Below are positions 24,722 to 37,564 of a DNA stretch of 64,000 nt, piece after piece; within the stretch, counting starts at the first letter, position 1; every line of letters starts with the position of its first letter. The stretch is taken from assembly GCA_043228905.1 (NCBI GenBank), contig JBHGNT010000009.1:1674001-1738000 (forward strand). The letters are read 5' to 3'. The translations under genes were made by a program, and so were the position numbers. The DNA is from Azolla caroliniana (taxonomy: Eukaryota > Plantae > Polypodiophyta). The notes under the pieces were generated by a model, which searched no databases, was not told the origin of the DNA, and worked only from the letters and a program-made list of their open reading frames with translations.

Positions 24722-26849
24722 TATGTATCTATTTAAGATTTTCACACACCCTTATAGGATTCTTCGTGTATATTGACATGAATGTCGGCAAAATGATGAA
24801 TTACTATAGTACCATTAAAATGTAAGATGTGTGGTAGTGGTCTATACATTCTGAATATTTCCTAGTTTGTTTATTTTTCCTTGACGTTTATAAAACGCGA
24901 CCTTAGTCTATAAGTCATATAACCTTACATGCAATGGAAACACGTATGTGAATAGTCGAAGCACTTCTTTTTATGAATACGGAAATCTTCTAAATCTACC
25001 ACTTGGAATGTGAAACATTTGACATTTTGATGAGTAGTTGTTTCGTCAAGACTATGTCAAACATGAACATTTTTTATTTTTTTTCAAAAAGATACGCCTT
25101 GGTATTATAAAATCATAAGAACTACAAAAGTTGTGAAGACACATGCACAAAAGCAAAATGTCGAAGCATTGCCATTGTAGACCATGTAATTGAGACACTC
25201 CACTTTGAGCTCTATTCGACAAAATTGTCGTTTATAGGTTTTTACTTATTACATAAAAAATAATCTACGTTAAGGTTGTGGATACAAGTCTTGAGCAATG
25301 GGTAACCCGTTGCACTAATCACACAAATGTATATGTTGATGTAATCTACATTTTGGTTCCAAATTATATGACTTTAGAAATCCATTTAGTATGGATCACA
25401 ACCTAAGAGTGGAAAATGACATCTAGGAACTTATAGGATATCAAACCTAGGCTCATTCAAAGGCAAAAGACATATGTTACAAATGTATTTTGTATGTTAA
25501 CATGGCCTACCTAATATTCGTCTACTATTTTGAAAGCCCTAAGTTGATCTAAACCCTATGCTTCAAGGGGGGGGGGGAGGAGGGGAATATATGTGTTTGT
25601 TAATTGTAGTTGATTTAAAATTTTATTATAAACACATGGTGTTCTTACAAGGCATAGGGCTTGTAGTAGAAAACTCATAAATTAGTTGATTAACACTAAT
25701 TTCTCTTTTTGGCATCCTCTTTTAATTTGATATATTCACAAATTAAAGGCTACCCACATTGTCTAATGCATGCCATGCCTTGTTTGGAGAGTGGACAAAA
25801 AAGGAATTTGAATTAAATAATATGAGGTTTTCCACTTGTGATATAAATTGGTATCAAAACAAGATAAATCACAATGAAAGACACACACAACAATGAGGGG
25901 AATGGAGTGAATACAAGATGATGAAGTTCTAAGTTTGTTACTGAAATGTAAATGTGCAATGTCATAGATGGCAACATATCACATGTCCCACAATCCTTTT
26001 ACTTTCCATTATATTTCAATTTGTAACCAATGTACATCTAACTTATATGATGCATAACTTTCCCAATATGCTTTCCTTATAGTTACTTTCTTTGATACTG
26101 CAATAGTGTTGCAAATCGCGTTTATTTTTGTCTTTTTGTTATTGTTGTAGCATCTTAGTCACGAGGAAACTTGACCATTAGCTTCGCAAATGTGTCCAAC
26201 CATTTTTGTGTCGATTATTAAATGATTCTTTCATGCTAAGTAGTTTGTATAAACCCAATCTTACTTGTGTTGTAAGAGATTTACTTGGTGAGATTTTATA
26301 ATTGTCTACTGTAACAAGGCTTACATATGGGTTTACATTGTTAAGTATGAAAATGCTTACTATTCTTAAGTACCTTTCAAAGGAGAACCTATTCCATGGG
26401 ACAATTGGATGTTAGTGGCCTAATTTTTGACTACAGTTATGGGCCTATGACTTAGTAATGATAGTTTGGACTTGACGGACCACACTTATTTTGGAGCCTT
26501 CAAGTGAGCTCTTTGCGGCATGTTGTTAATGTCTTAAATAACGTTAAGCAAAATTAAAGAGGGAAATAACGAAGAAAGGACAACAATCCACCTGACCACC
26601 CCCCTAGCGAAGGTAAGAGACGGATCCAAGTCGAAGAATTGATATTGGAACAAATACACTATGTAAAGTGAGAAAGCATGTCCCATATTGTCTAGTTCGA
26701 AGAATTTTGTTTATTTTTGAGGTATACGGGTGGCTATTGTCATGTAATATTCTTCTCTCTTCTTGATAATCTGAGAAAGCTCATCTAGACCCACTTGAGG
26801 GAGCATTGATAAAGAGGTGCTTGAGCCATGATGGTTTTTACATTGGGAC

Positions 26850-27100
26850 TTGGGATAATCCATGGTGCTTTAAAAGCTCCACATTATGCTCAAGCATGCA
26901 ATTAAGAATGAGGACAAGTTACCTCAAAATGCGTAATGCAAAAATGGGCTTATATGGTTTACAATTGAGACTTCGGATAATCCATGGTGCTTTAAAAGCT
27001 CTATGTTATGCTCAAGCATGCAATTATGAATTAGGACAAGCCTATTAGCATAGTCATCGGGGAAAGTTGCCTCAAAATGCATAATGCAAAAATGGGTTTT
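26850..27100. repeat. Diverged tandem duplication, about 2 x 122 bp
   Basis: ggataatccatggtgctttaaaagctc..atgctcaagcatgcaatta..cctcaaaatgc.taatgcaaaaatggg is present twice. Confidence 0.8.
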
Positions 27101-27887
27101 AGTCATTGGATAGGTCTTGGAAGGTTAATCATTGGTGGGGTGATGATGATATGGCTAGTTTATGTCAACATCAAAGCACTTCCTGGTTGTGCCCCCCCGT
27201 TAGTTCTGTTGGTACCAAACCACATTTCTTCCCATGGTTCTCTATTTCATTCTTTTGTTATGACCAATCATATGAAGGTGTTATCGAGTCAATTCACATC
27301 TTCATAAACAGCCTTGTCAAATCAACTCAAAATGTCATCGAATCATTGGTAGATTGACATCATTAGGTGCAAACCTGATATTGATCTACAAAAAAACAAA
27401 TAGTTGGCACACAAAAGGAGCATTGCAAATATTGATTCGAGATACAAAGCTTTTTATGCAATGGTAAAAGTTTAGGACTTCTTTCTAAACTCTATATCCC
27501 ATGTTGTAAACTACCCAAAAATATGGATCTTGGCTGCTCTTTTCAGTATGTCAGAAGTCCTTTAGAGCATGGACATCTACATGTGCAAAAGTATTGAAAT
27601 AGCTAAATTTCTGAGTTTCTGTACATATGTTTTGTACATGACATCACTTACGCATGCCTACCGTTATTACTCTTAAACCCTTAACCTAAGTCCTTGTAAT
27701 TGAGAAGAAATTATAGTAATTTAATAGAAAAGAAAAAACAGTGTAAAATGGCGACTATTACATTTGTAATATGAAGCATTTTTCTTGGCACAATAATCAG
27801 GAGTTTATTCTCCAATGAAATAATGTCAAAAAGCATGAATTTCCAAAATCATGGTTAATATCAGTTGAAAAACAAATACTCAAACAG

Positions 27888-30800
27888 CTACTTTGGAGGT
27901 ATCCACTTCTCATAAACATTTGCTTTTCCTTTACTCTTTGTAACCCTGTAATCAAATTGCAACGCCCATGCGAGTTTACATGGTGCAAATTCAGTTATAT
28001 CCAAAAGTAAAAGTTAAAACTGAGAAAAAAAGCATATTAATAATAAAGTAAAAAAATGCCTCACTACATACATGTCCTCGTCCTGTGGTTGGATGGTGCT
28101 TTCATCAGACGTATGTTTTGTGTTCAAACTGTTACCAAGCGAAGAAAATGATTCAATAAAGAGTACACCATGGAAACCATGATGCATATGAGAATTAAGA
28201 ATATCCTTGCAATTTTTGCATCAAAAGAGAAACAACAATGTTTAGGCTTCTTTTTTTCATCTTAGGGCTATACTATATTGGTGAGCCAACTAACTAACAT
28301 ATGCACCAATGTTCAAATCTCACTGTATGCACTGTGGAATGTAGGGGTTGAGCATATGACCTTGTCTCCACCGGAAAACTTAAACTAAGTTACAACTGTC
28401 TAGGTTTTGGACATATTTCTATACCAATCTTTAATCCACATTCTAAATACGAAAATCTACTTACTTTGATTGGTACTAATGAGAAAATATGTAAAGTAGT
28501 TGGAAAAAAAAAGATTGTAATGAAAAGACAATTATTTGACCTGTCGGTTTGCTCGATGAATGCAGGTGCACCAGTTATTCCATCAACAATAAAATTTCCT
28601 TCCCCTGACATAAACTCATTCTAACTTAGTTTGTCCATAGAATTATGTTTATGGCTAGCTATTATTAAGTTGAGAGGGAGATTCCGATAATACCTCCATC
28701 AAATTTGTCACCTTCCAATGCGGCAACCTGTTTGATAAAACTATTCATATCTGGTGGCCTCAGTTCATCTATAAAAACATAGAGCATCTGAATTCTTCTC
28801 AGAAAACAACAAATTTTCTACTCTTAATACAAGTCATCAAAAGAATAAATATTTTCTTCAAAGAGTAGTTCCGTCTATAGATTTGTGTATTTTGTATCCT
28901 TCTTGTTAAACCTTTTTCAAACAATGTTTTACACAAGCAAATAACATATATTTCCAGAAGTATTTAATAACACAATGACCTTCACCAACCATTAAGAGCA
29001 TCTTGTTGAAGACTCCTTGATCTGAATCTCCTTTTCACTTCTTCTTTTTGAACCACTTTAAATTTCAAAAAGCTAGATTTGTGAGAAATCCTTCTTTCTT
29101 TATGAATCCCAATAGAAAATGAAATTAGATAAATAAATAACACAAAATTGAATTACTACACTGATGAAAGAAAAACATTATACTAGAAGCAAATACACTA
29201 ATGCACTTCATTCTGTGATAGAATGGGGTTCCAGCACAGATTTAACTTCCCTTTATTTGCAAATTTTCAATGAATTGGACACATAATACTATTCTATTCA
29301 ATCTAAAAATACCACCTTCTGAATGCAAATAATCTATAAAACAAAAGAGCATTTAAAAATCAACCAATGCTAACGATGATCATGCATGGTTTATTTTGTA
29401 GAAAGGACAAAAAAGTATCCTTCATTTGACTTTATTAACTTTTATTTCAAGTCAAAATCCTTAAAGTTTTAGTTGAGCATGCAAGTGCCGAGACAGTATT
29501 GCAATGGATGAGCCCCCATGAAGCTTTTCCCTCATGAAATTAAAAGATCTACTATATCCATTGCAATTGTAATTTGGTAACCAACTAACACAAACATACA
29601 TACATATACATATGTCATCTTTTTCTGACCTGAAAATTAAAAGTGCAAAAAGATGGTGAATACTTGCGACATTCATTTTGACGAACTTGCGGTGGGCTTC
29701 CAATGCAACAATCTCCTGAAAAGTGGGAGGAAATATATCAGTACTTATCCAACCAAAAAGTTTCGTGAAAATGTAACCATATATATATAAATAAGGGTAT
29801 CAAAAACGCTATACATGTACAACAAGAAAGGAAAATAACATAGAAACAGCAGCACTTCTAACTAACCTCTGGAGTGGGAACTTCCTTTCTCCTTCCTGTC
29901 AACCAACTATACCACTCAACTGTAAAATCCAGTAAGAATGATTCTTTCATTCATACGTTTTTTAAAAATGTTAAAATAAAGCTACTCTCACACATATTTC
30001 CATGATTTAATGCATTCTTAGGAGATTTAATTCTCTCCCAAAGTACTGAGTTTCTAGAACACTTGAATGTTCATGCGTATTAAGGACTTTAATAGAATTA
30101 ACCAGACTTCTTTTCTTTTCTTTTGCATTAAACTAAATACTTCTGTTTTGTTTATTTGTTTGTTTTTTATCCTCAATTTACATATCTATATTCCAATAAA
30201 TTTAGTAGGTCATTTATCTCTGCAGTTAAATTGCCAAAAACTTGGGTTTTAAGGCGAATTAAGGATTTTAAGAATATTGACCAACCAAATTCTCTACTTT
30301 TTTCGGGTCTGGAATAAAAAGGTTCTATTTTATATTTCCGTTCTATAGTCTAATTTTGTGTTTCTTAGCAGGTCTATTCTCATAAAAGCACCTCAATGTC
30401 TTTTATCTTAGTTTTTAACTTGGATATGCATGAGCCATCATGACCAGCCAAATTTTGCTCTCTCTATTTTTTTTCAATGTTGAGAAGCTATACTGTCCAT
30501 TTTTTTAAATTCAAACTTCCTGTTTTGTGTATACTAATTTAAGTGACATTAGGCTCCAAATACACATACTATTTTACTTCATATTAATTGTCTTTTTTTT
30601 TGTGATGTGTTCTCTCATAGAATGAGATGAAAATAGAAACCAAATATAACCTGGAAGATTATTTGGATCAGGGTTGCTCTTATACTCCACCCATCTTCTC
30701 TCTTTAACTGAAACAAGAAAAACTTCATTGTCACACAACCAACCTAGATTTGCATAGCGAAGAACAGAGAAACTCCGTAATGAATTTGACTGTGCGTAGA

Positions 30801-30925
30801 CAATACAATTTACCTAAACCGTCAGATCTGATTGATTGGCGATAGAATACATTTCCTGTTTTATCTCGACCCACGATCTCCTTTGAGCGAACTAATGACC
30901 AGAGCTTGGCCAGAAGCCCTGCCAT
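27888..30925 (-). CDS. NDUFAF2: NDUFA12-family complex I assembly factor NDUFAF2/B17.2L (mimitin-like), about 197 aa, 9 exons: 30925-30814, 30707-30651, 29919-29867, 29715-29664, 29055-28990, 28768-28694, 28604-28541, 28128-28072, 27945-27888
   Basis: GT-AG introns with consistent phases (594 nt total). Translation gives VGRDKTGNVFY..KERRWVEY..PNNLPVEWYSWLTGRRKEVPTPEEI..PDMNSFIKQ..YEKWIPPK*, matching the NDUFA12 family and the plant NDUFAF2-like C-terminal WxPP. Exons 7-8 are less certain. Confidence 0.87.
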
Positions 30926-31053
30926 AGCTTACCTAGGCGTGATTAGATGCGGAAAAGAGGTTTCGAGCTCACGACCTCGTGGTCCCTAAGAAGTTTGTAA
31001 ATATATTTACTTTGTATAGGCTTGTCATATTCATTGAGTATTTTGACACGTTT

Positions 31054-31322
31054 TATGTAAACGGTTCGGTGGTTCGGTTCGGTTTAGGCTTCAGCTTCCT
31101 TAACCGGTTTGAGCTCGTTTTGGGATGGGACCAAGCCAAACCAAACCAATTATGGCTTAATCAACTTGGCTAAACTGGTTCGTAAATTGGTTTAAGCTAA
31201 ATCGGGTTGGAAAACGGGTTAGCCTTGACCGATTTAGGAATATGTTCGGTTCAAGTTTGGAAACCCCCCAAACCGGTTAAGGCTTAACCATTAAGCCAAA
31301 ACCAAACCATTCCCGATTCCTA
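31054..31322. mobile_element. MITE-like element rich in AACCG/CGGTT motifs (probably hAT-derived), about 130 bp upstream of the NDUFAF2 ATG
   Basis: Dense GGTTC/AACC repeats in inverted arrangement (acggttcggtggttcggttcggttt ... aaaccaaaccattcccgattccta). The left terminus is eroded. Confidence 0.55.
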
Positions 31323-32439
31323 CAAGTATCACCACTTCGTGACCAATGTTGTATGATGACACCTCATCATGGGACACAAAACTTGTATTAGAGGAACGCC
31401 TCAATTTGCCCGAATCAAACAAACAACAAAAGCTTTGTACATGCCCCTTAAAGGATCATCACACAAAGCTCGTGTGGACTCTAGCAACTATTGCAATATC
31501 AACTTTTGTGCCCCAAATTGCCCAATCATCCAACCAAAAACAAGCATGTCAGAACATGCCACTTTGTGCATCAAATCAAAGAAGAGTGATAGAAGAAGAA
31601 GATTAATCGACTTGAGCTTATGCCCTCTTTTATGAGGTCATTGTAATTATCATGATGAAATTCCAAAGTTTGCAAATCAATGAACTTACATAAGAGGGGC
31701 CAAGGCAAAAGCTCAGGTTAATTAAGCTCTTGCAATTCATCATTGTAGTACACATGGATCTCATCGGCGTTACACATGATGAATATGTATTAGGTGGTCG
31801 AATTACCATTTGTTTTGTAGTTCCACTTCATCTAGTTAGGGACGAAATAACCCAATATTTACAAGCTTGACAAAGCATAAACTTTGTGGCACTTGAAATT
31901 CTATTATGTGCAATGTCAAGTGACATGAACTTTTATTTCCCACTTAGGGATTATGAACTCGTAGAGGGGTGGGGATGAAAAGTCGGCCCCTTCCTCGCGC
32001 ACCATTACCACGACTAAATTGGCTAAAAGGAGAAATATTCACATTGCACAAATGATAATTTGTTCTATTATTCAGAAGGTTTGAATTATCGATAATTTAA
32101 TTCTAAAGTGCACATTTCTACAACTTATTTAACAATCTTTACCCAAAGTTGCCACCTAAGACACGTAACTTGAAACAACCTAAACTTTGAGACTATCGTA
32201 GTTTATTTCAAAATTTTCAGTCTTTTGGTAGCAATCGAAAAGCATAGTTGTAAGTAATGTGCAAATATGGTGATTTTACATTGGTCTCGTATGAGCGGCC
32301 TTCTCTTTTTCCATGAGTGACTCATTGGCGTGTTCCCTTGAGATCTCCAATCAAGCATCGGTGACCATTTGAGCATTTTGGTTGAATGTTAGTCTTTGAT
32401 GTAATATTGTGGTTCTCTCTCTCTCTCTCTCTCTCTCAC

Positions 32440-32474
<35 letters not shown>

Positions 32475-33408
32475 CACATTCATTTTCCTTTTCCATTAAT
32501 ATACTATCAAACTTCGTGTTGACCAACATTGCCAAGATGCATCAACTTTTGTATTTGGGAACAACTAGGTTTGATTGTTAGCAAATCATCCTTGTAATAA
32601 CAACTGTGAGAATTAAGTTGTGAGGCTTATCAATCCATTAATGGAGATGTTGATGCTACTTTACATTTGCAACCTCCATTGTCATTTTGTTTCATCCGAT
32701 GATCCATATCTCTCTATTGGGACCCTACACAATGAGATCCTTTATTGTTCCATATAGTTAAGAAATTGGACAGGGATGGTATGACGACTATTATTGGTAT
32801 TATACAAATTGGTACGATATACAATTAGCATGCAAACACAAAAGGTAGCTGGATGAAGCAAGGTTCGAGGTCACAACTTTCTAGTTGCAAGACCTAAACC
32901 CTTGTCGTGTGAACTATTGATACTTTTATAAGATAACTTTTACATTTCATTTTTTGAAAGCATCCAAAAAAATGCGACACCTAGTGTAATCTCATAATTT
33001 GGAGTGATTTAATCATACTTGTTTCTCGAGATGTGAAAACTCATATCTAAATGTAACACGTAACATGTGAGACAATGAAATCACGAGGCTAAGTTACATG
33101 TTAACATCACTTACTTCATATACGCATTACATCGTTTACTTTATATTTCAAATTTCATTTCCGAAGCATTGCTTGCAAAATCTGTAAAGTCAACATTAAC
33201 GACACGTGAAAAAGAGAGGTTCACCGAGAGCACGATGAAATAGTGCATCCATGAGAGGATCAAATCAAATTAAAATTGCAAGAAGAGTGTGTGCAGGTGT
33301 GAGTATTTTCGGGTCTCCACCCAACATTGGTTTCCACAGGGGAAGGAAGAGTTGAGAAACGGACAGTTGTTGATACATGAGCAAATATCATTGTAAGCAT
33401 ATATAATT

Positions 33409-33447
33409 ATCCCACATGCAAGGGGCCCCAATATGTTTGGCTATAAA
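33409..33447 (+). promoter_or_regulatory. snRNA promoter (USE plus TATA) of U5 copy 1; equivalents at 35286-35325, 37366-37403, 39648-39684 and 41671-41708
   Basis: RTCCCACAT matches the plant snRNA upstream sequence element RTCCCACATCG and sits at a constant position in all five copies. Confidence 0.88.
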
Positions 33448-33474
33448 TATGAGCTTTCAGCATTAGGTCTCTTC

Positions 33475-33608
33475 ATCGGGATGGCGTGGGTTGAGCACAG
33501 AGCGAACTATTCTTTCGCCTTTTACTAAAGAATACCGTGTGCTCCTCCTACCTCAAACGCCCTAACCCTAATTTTTGGGAGGGGAGGCTCTACTACTGAG
33601 CTTCCCCA
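33475..33608 (+). ncRNA. U5: U5 spliceosomal snRNA, copy 1
   Basis: Invariant loop I GCCUUUUAC within the UAUUCUUU/AAAGAAUA stem, GAGCAC/GUGCUC stem, Sm site AAUUUUUGG and 3' hairpin. USE ATCCCACATGC at 33409 and TATAAA at 33442. The 5' end is inferred from conservation between copies. Confidence 0.95.
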
Positions 33609-33794
33609 TTACAAATGCTCCTAGAAATAAAAGCTAAATTGACTTTAGCATAATAACTTTGTATGCGAACAGAGTTGGTTACCCTCCGAAGTTGAAAGGA
33701 GTGCTACCTTGAACCCCTAGCCTAATTATTGGAGATTGCTATCCTTTATGGACGAAAGATTGTTGGTAATATTAACGAATATAGAGCAAATATA

Positions 33795-34170
33795 TGCCAT
33801 GCCATGCCCAATATATCAAATTTGTTATAGAATAAATGTAATGTTTTGGTCATGTCCGAAAGTGGTGGATGTGATTTAAGGAGTTCTTGGTACACATAGA
33901 TGTGGTAGATCCAAACTTGATTCACAAGAAGCAAAACGCGCTTAAGGAAGGAAAGATTGTTAGCGTGTTTAACGAACATAGACGAAAGGCTAAATAGTTA
34001 TAACTTATATCCATGCCATGGCCAATGTATCAAATTTGTTATAGAAGAAATGTAATATTTTGGGCATTTCCAAAAATGGTGGATGTGATTAAGGAGTTCT
34101 GCATACATAGGTATGACTTGGGTGTTAAATGTATGTTGTAGATCCAAACTTGATTGAAAATAAGCAAACG
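33795..34170. repeat. Diverged tandem duplication (about 215-bp period) between U5 copies 1 and 2
   Basis: catgccatg.ccaat.tatcaaatttgttatagaa..aatgtaat..ggtggatgtgatt.aaggagttct..gtagatccaaacttgatt occurs twice. Confidence 0.8.
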
Positions 34171-35351
34171 CTCACAATTTGAGTTGAAAATGTCTTGCAT
34201 GTAGATATTTTCTTAGAATGTGTTTGATTTAGAAATACACACGTACTTAACAATTATAAGTTATATGCAAGTGTAAATGAAGTTGCACACCATGATAGGT
34301 TAAAGGTTTGGAAGTAACAAATCTCGAATAATGAATTCATGTATGAATACGATTAAAACTTCTTCAATTGTTCAAATACATTAAGAACGTTGTACGTTGG
34401 GATGTAATAATGCATGTCACAGAGATACTTTTTTGATCAAAGGTCAAAACAATGAGACTACTTTGTGAGAAGAGCACGAGAACATTGGGTAATTTTTTTG
34501 GATGTTTTGTCATGGGATCTAAAAATGGTAATGTAGCAAAACTAGATTTTGACCAAGAGGTGTACTTAACAACATATAGTTGCATATTCACAAGGGGGAA
34601 AAACCTAGCTTGGGTAATTGTTAAAAGGAACCACAACAACTTTGTGGATTTGTAACTAGCAAATATCTCTTCCGGACGAAGTAACAATAATTGCAAATAT
34701 CTCAAATTGATGAGTATAGGGATATCTTGTCAAACGCATGTGGACAACTTTGTTCAACTAGAGGTTTGTCTCTCTCCTCTTAAAGGAGGGTATATTTAAA
34801 AGTAAAAGTGAGACTTACACACTCTAGACAATGCAATTAGTTAATTTCTCGGTGTCCTTATAGCACATTGTTAGGTACATATTACAATACAAACACAAAA
34901 CTATCGTCTATGTGTTCTTTTTGCATTTGAATGAGCATAAGGTTAAGAGTTTCAATTGCATGTTTAGTAACACATTGTAGCTTCTCTCTCCCTCACTCAC
35001 ATCATCATCCCCCACACTCAATCATGGTGCAAGAGGAAGAAGAGCCCCACCATTTCAATCGTGCATCTACATAAACAAACAAAAGATTGGCTAATGCAAA
35101 TGTGTATCGTATCATATAATATACGCAACGAAAAGGCAATTCTAAAGAACCCTAGGGACACAGAGGAAGTGACATGAGTCATGCAGGACATGGCATTCAT
35201 TGGTGGTGTGATGAAGAAATAGGCAACAAACTGTACTGTTGCCCATAGACCGTGGGAGAGAGAGAGAGAGCTCATGTTTGTTCATATCCCACATACAAAA
35301 GGAAACTTCCCGTGCTCTATATAAACCGATTTGGACACAGTCTTCCAATCC

Positions 35352-35485
35352 ATTGGGATGGCGTGGGTTGAGCACAGAGCGAACTATTCTTTCGCCTTTT
35401 ACTAAAGAATACCGTGTGCTCCTCCTACCTCAAACGCCCTAACCCTAATTTTTGGGAAGGGAGGCTCTACTACTGAGCTTCCCTA
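35352..35485 (+). ncRNA. U5: U5 snRNA, copy 2
   Basis: Same core, Sm site and 3' hairpin. USE ATCCCACATAC at 35286 and TATATAAA at 35318. Confidence 0.95.
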
Positions 35486-35635
35486 TTACAATTTTTCTTA
35501 ATTTGAAAAACTTCAAAGGTTTGTTGGTCGTGTTGTACTTATTGATGAGTTGGGTGTAATTGAAACGGCTGGAATTGTTTTTGTTATGCACCGCTTCCCT
35601 AGCCCCATTGATAGTATTGGATTTCTGTATTCCTA

Positions 35636-35912
35636 AATTATGCCTGCCAGTACATATTGCATTTACAGATCATGCAGATCCAATCCATGGCGGGGGATTT
35701 GCAGTGATGTCTTAGATCTTAGCTGCTCTTTGGTTTCAAATTTGTCGAATTATGCCTACCAATTACATATATAGATCATGCAGATCCAATCCATGGAGGG
35801 GGATTAGCAAAGATGTCTTAGATTTTAGCTGGTCATTGGTTTCAAATTTGTCCAATTATGCGTACCAATTACATATTTAGATCATGCAGATCCAATCCAT
35901 GGAGGGGGATGA
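35636..35912. repeat. Tandem repeat, 3 x about 110 bp, downstream of U5 copy 2
   Basis: agatcatgcagatccaatccatgg.gggggat occurs three times. Confidence 0.88.
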
Positions 35913-37430
35913 CCGCATATTTCTTAGGTTTTTTTTGGTTGATGCTTGATTTGAATTTTGTGCATTTAGTTTTCACAGATTTGTCATGATGACGAGAAGA
36001 AGTTGGGAGGAGGAAATGCTCAAGGACAGATATGTAACACATGCGTATCTTTGCTAAGAGGAAAATGAGAGTAGAAATATGTGAAAAGTAGTGCCATGTT
36101 GTTAAATTGAAGGGTACAAAACTCAGAAGCTGAAGTGGATTTGGGTCATACTTATAGAAATCTTCAAGAAATTTGTTAGAACAAATTCTCAAGGAGAAAT
36201 TAAAGAGTAACATTGAAGAAATTATTATCTCACCATTTATATAAGAATCTTCGAGAATCTGACTAACATTGAAGAAAGTATTATGTAGCCATTTAGATAA
36301 GAATATACTAGAATCTCTGGCTGATACAAGAGAGAGAAGAACTAGTATGAATTAAAGTTGTGGGTTGGCTCTGCTGTGAAATTGGACGAAAGTATTGGAT
36401 GAGGATTGAATGTGAAGGTTGTGGGCGCGATGCTTGGCACATGAAATTGGACGAGAGTGTAGAAAGAAAACGCGTTGTTAACGGCTTGAGCGCTTGATGT
36501 GTGAAATTGGATGAGAATGTGACGTGAGACTTGTTTGTGGGCACTGGATGTGTGAATGTGGACAATAACATGGAAAGAGTACCATATGTGAAAGTTTTGG
36601 AACTAAATGTGGAGATGGGACGAGGCTTAGGTGAAGCAATATTATATATAGAGAGAGATATAGAAGAATGATTAGAGGTGACATACATAATTTTAAACAT
36701 AAAACATATCCATCAACATCTTCTTGACACTCTCATTAGACCGTTTCATTTGTGGGCTTATGAATGTCACATTATTCATGCTTGAGTTGTTTAGTATTTC
36801 TCACTTAAGACCTTCAAATGCACGTGGTCTACCCATCACTCATTGTAATGGATCATGAAATATGTGGGCGAAAAATTGGGGTGCAAGAATGTGGCTCCAC
36901 AAACAAAGGCATGGCATAACACAAGAAAAGACCTCATTAGTAACTATTCCATATTGAAATGCAATCAAACTCAATGTTGTTGAAGCAGGCAAGGCACGGA
37001 GAATGGCTTTTTTGATAATGTTGAGTATGCACCATTAGATAGCGAGAGGATCGAATCTTGCCTGCAGGGAAGAAGAGTGGCTTCAAGGTTAACGTACAAG
37101 AAGAGTGGATTCAAGGTCAACATACAAGAAACCTTAGAAAATCTTGTTCATGCTTAAATGACATGAAAATAAAATCATATTTACTTGTAATTTTATAGGT
37201 AGAATAACCACGAGGAGAAATTTCTTCTTTGGACGTGATATATTGTGAGTCGTTCTGCACCATGTTTTAAAGTTTAAACCACTCTATCTGATGTCTCTAT
37301 CCACATCTTGTGATATACAAAAAATGGGTGGATCGATACGAAATGTAGATAGCTGCTACTTCCATATCCCACATACAAAGGACAACTGAGATTGGCCTAT
37401 AAATAAGAATTTTCAAAGCTATTTTCTTTC

Positions 37431-37564
37431 ATCGGGATGGCGTGGGTTGAGCACATAGCGAACTATTCTTTCGCCTTTTACTAAAGAATACCGTGTGCTC
37501 CTCCAACCTCAAACGCCCTAACCCTAATTTTTGATAGGGAAGGCTCTATTACTGAGCTTCCCTC
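37431..37564 (+). ncRNA. U5: U5 snRNA, copy 3
   Basis: Same core with Sm site AAUUUUUGA. USE at 37366 and TATAAA at 37398. Confidence 0.95.

Noticed and set aside
33559-33571. CCCTAACCCTAA in the snRNA copies plus a Pol III-like promoter suggested telomerase RNA or telomeric repeats
   Set aside because: The motif lies within the 3' strand of the U5 5' stem, next to the Sm site. The invariant U5 loop I identifies the RNA, and the plant telomere unit is normally CCCTAAA.
35239-35442. ORFs ending in LGWRGLSTERTILSPFTKEYRVLLLPQTP (also 41595-41825)
   Set aside because: These are chance translations of the U5 RNA sequence; the similarity comes from the RNA gene.
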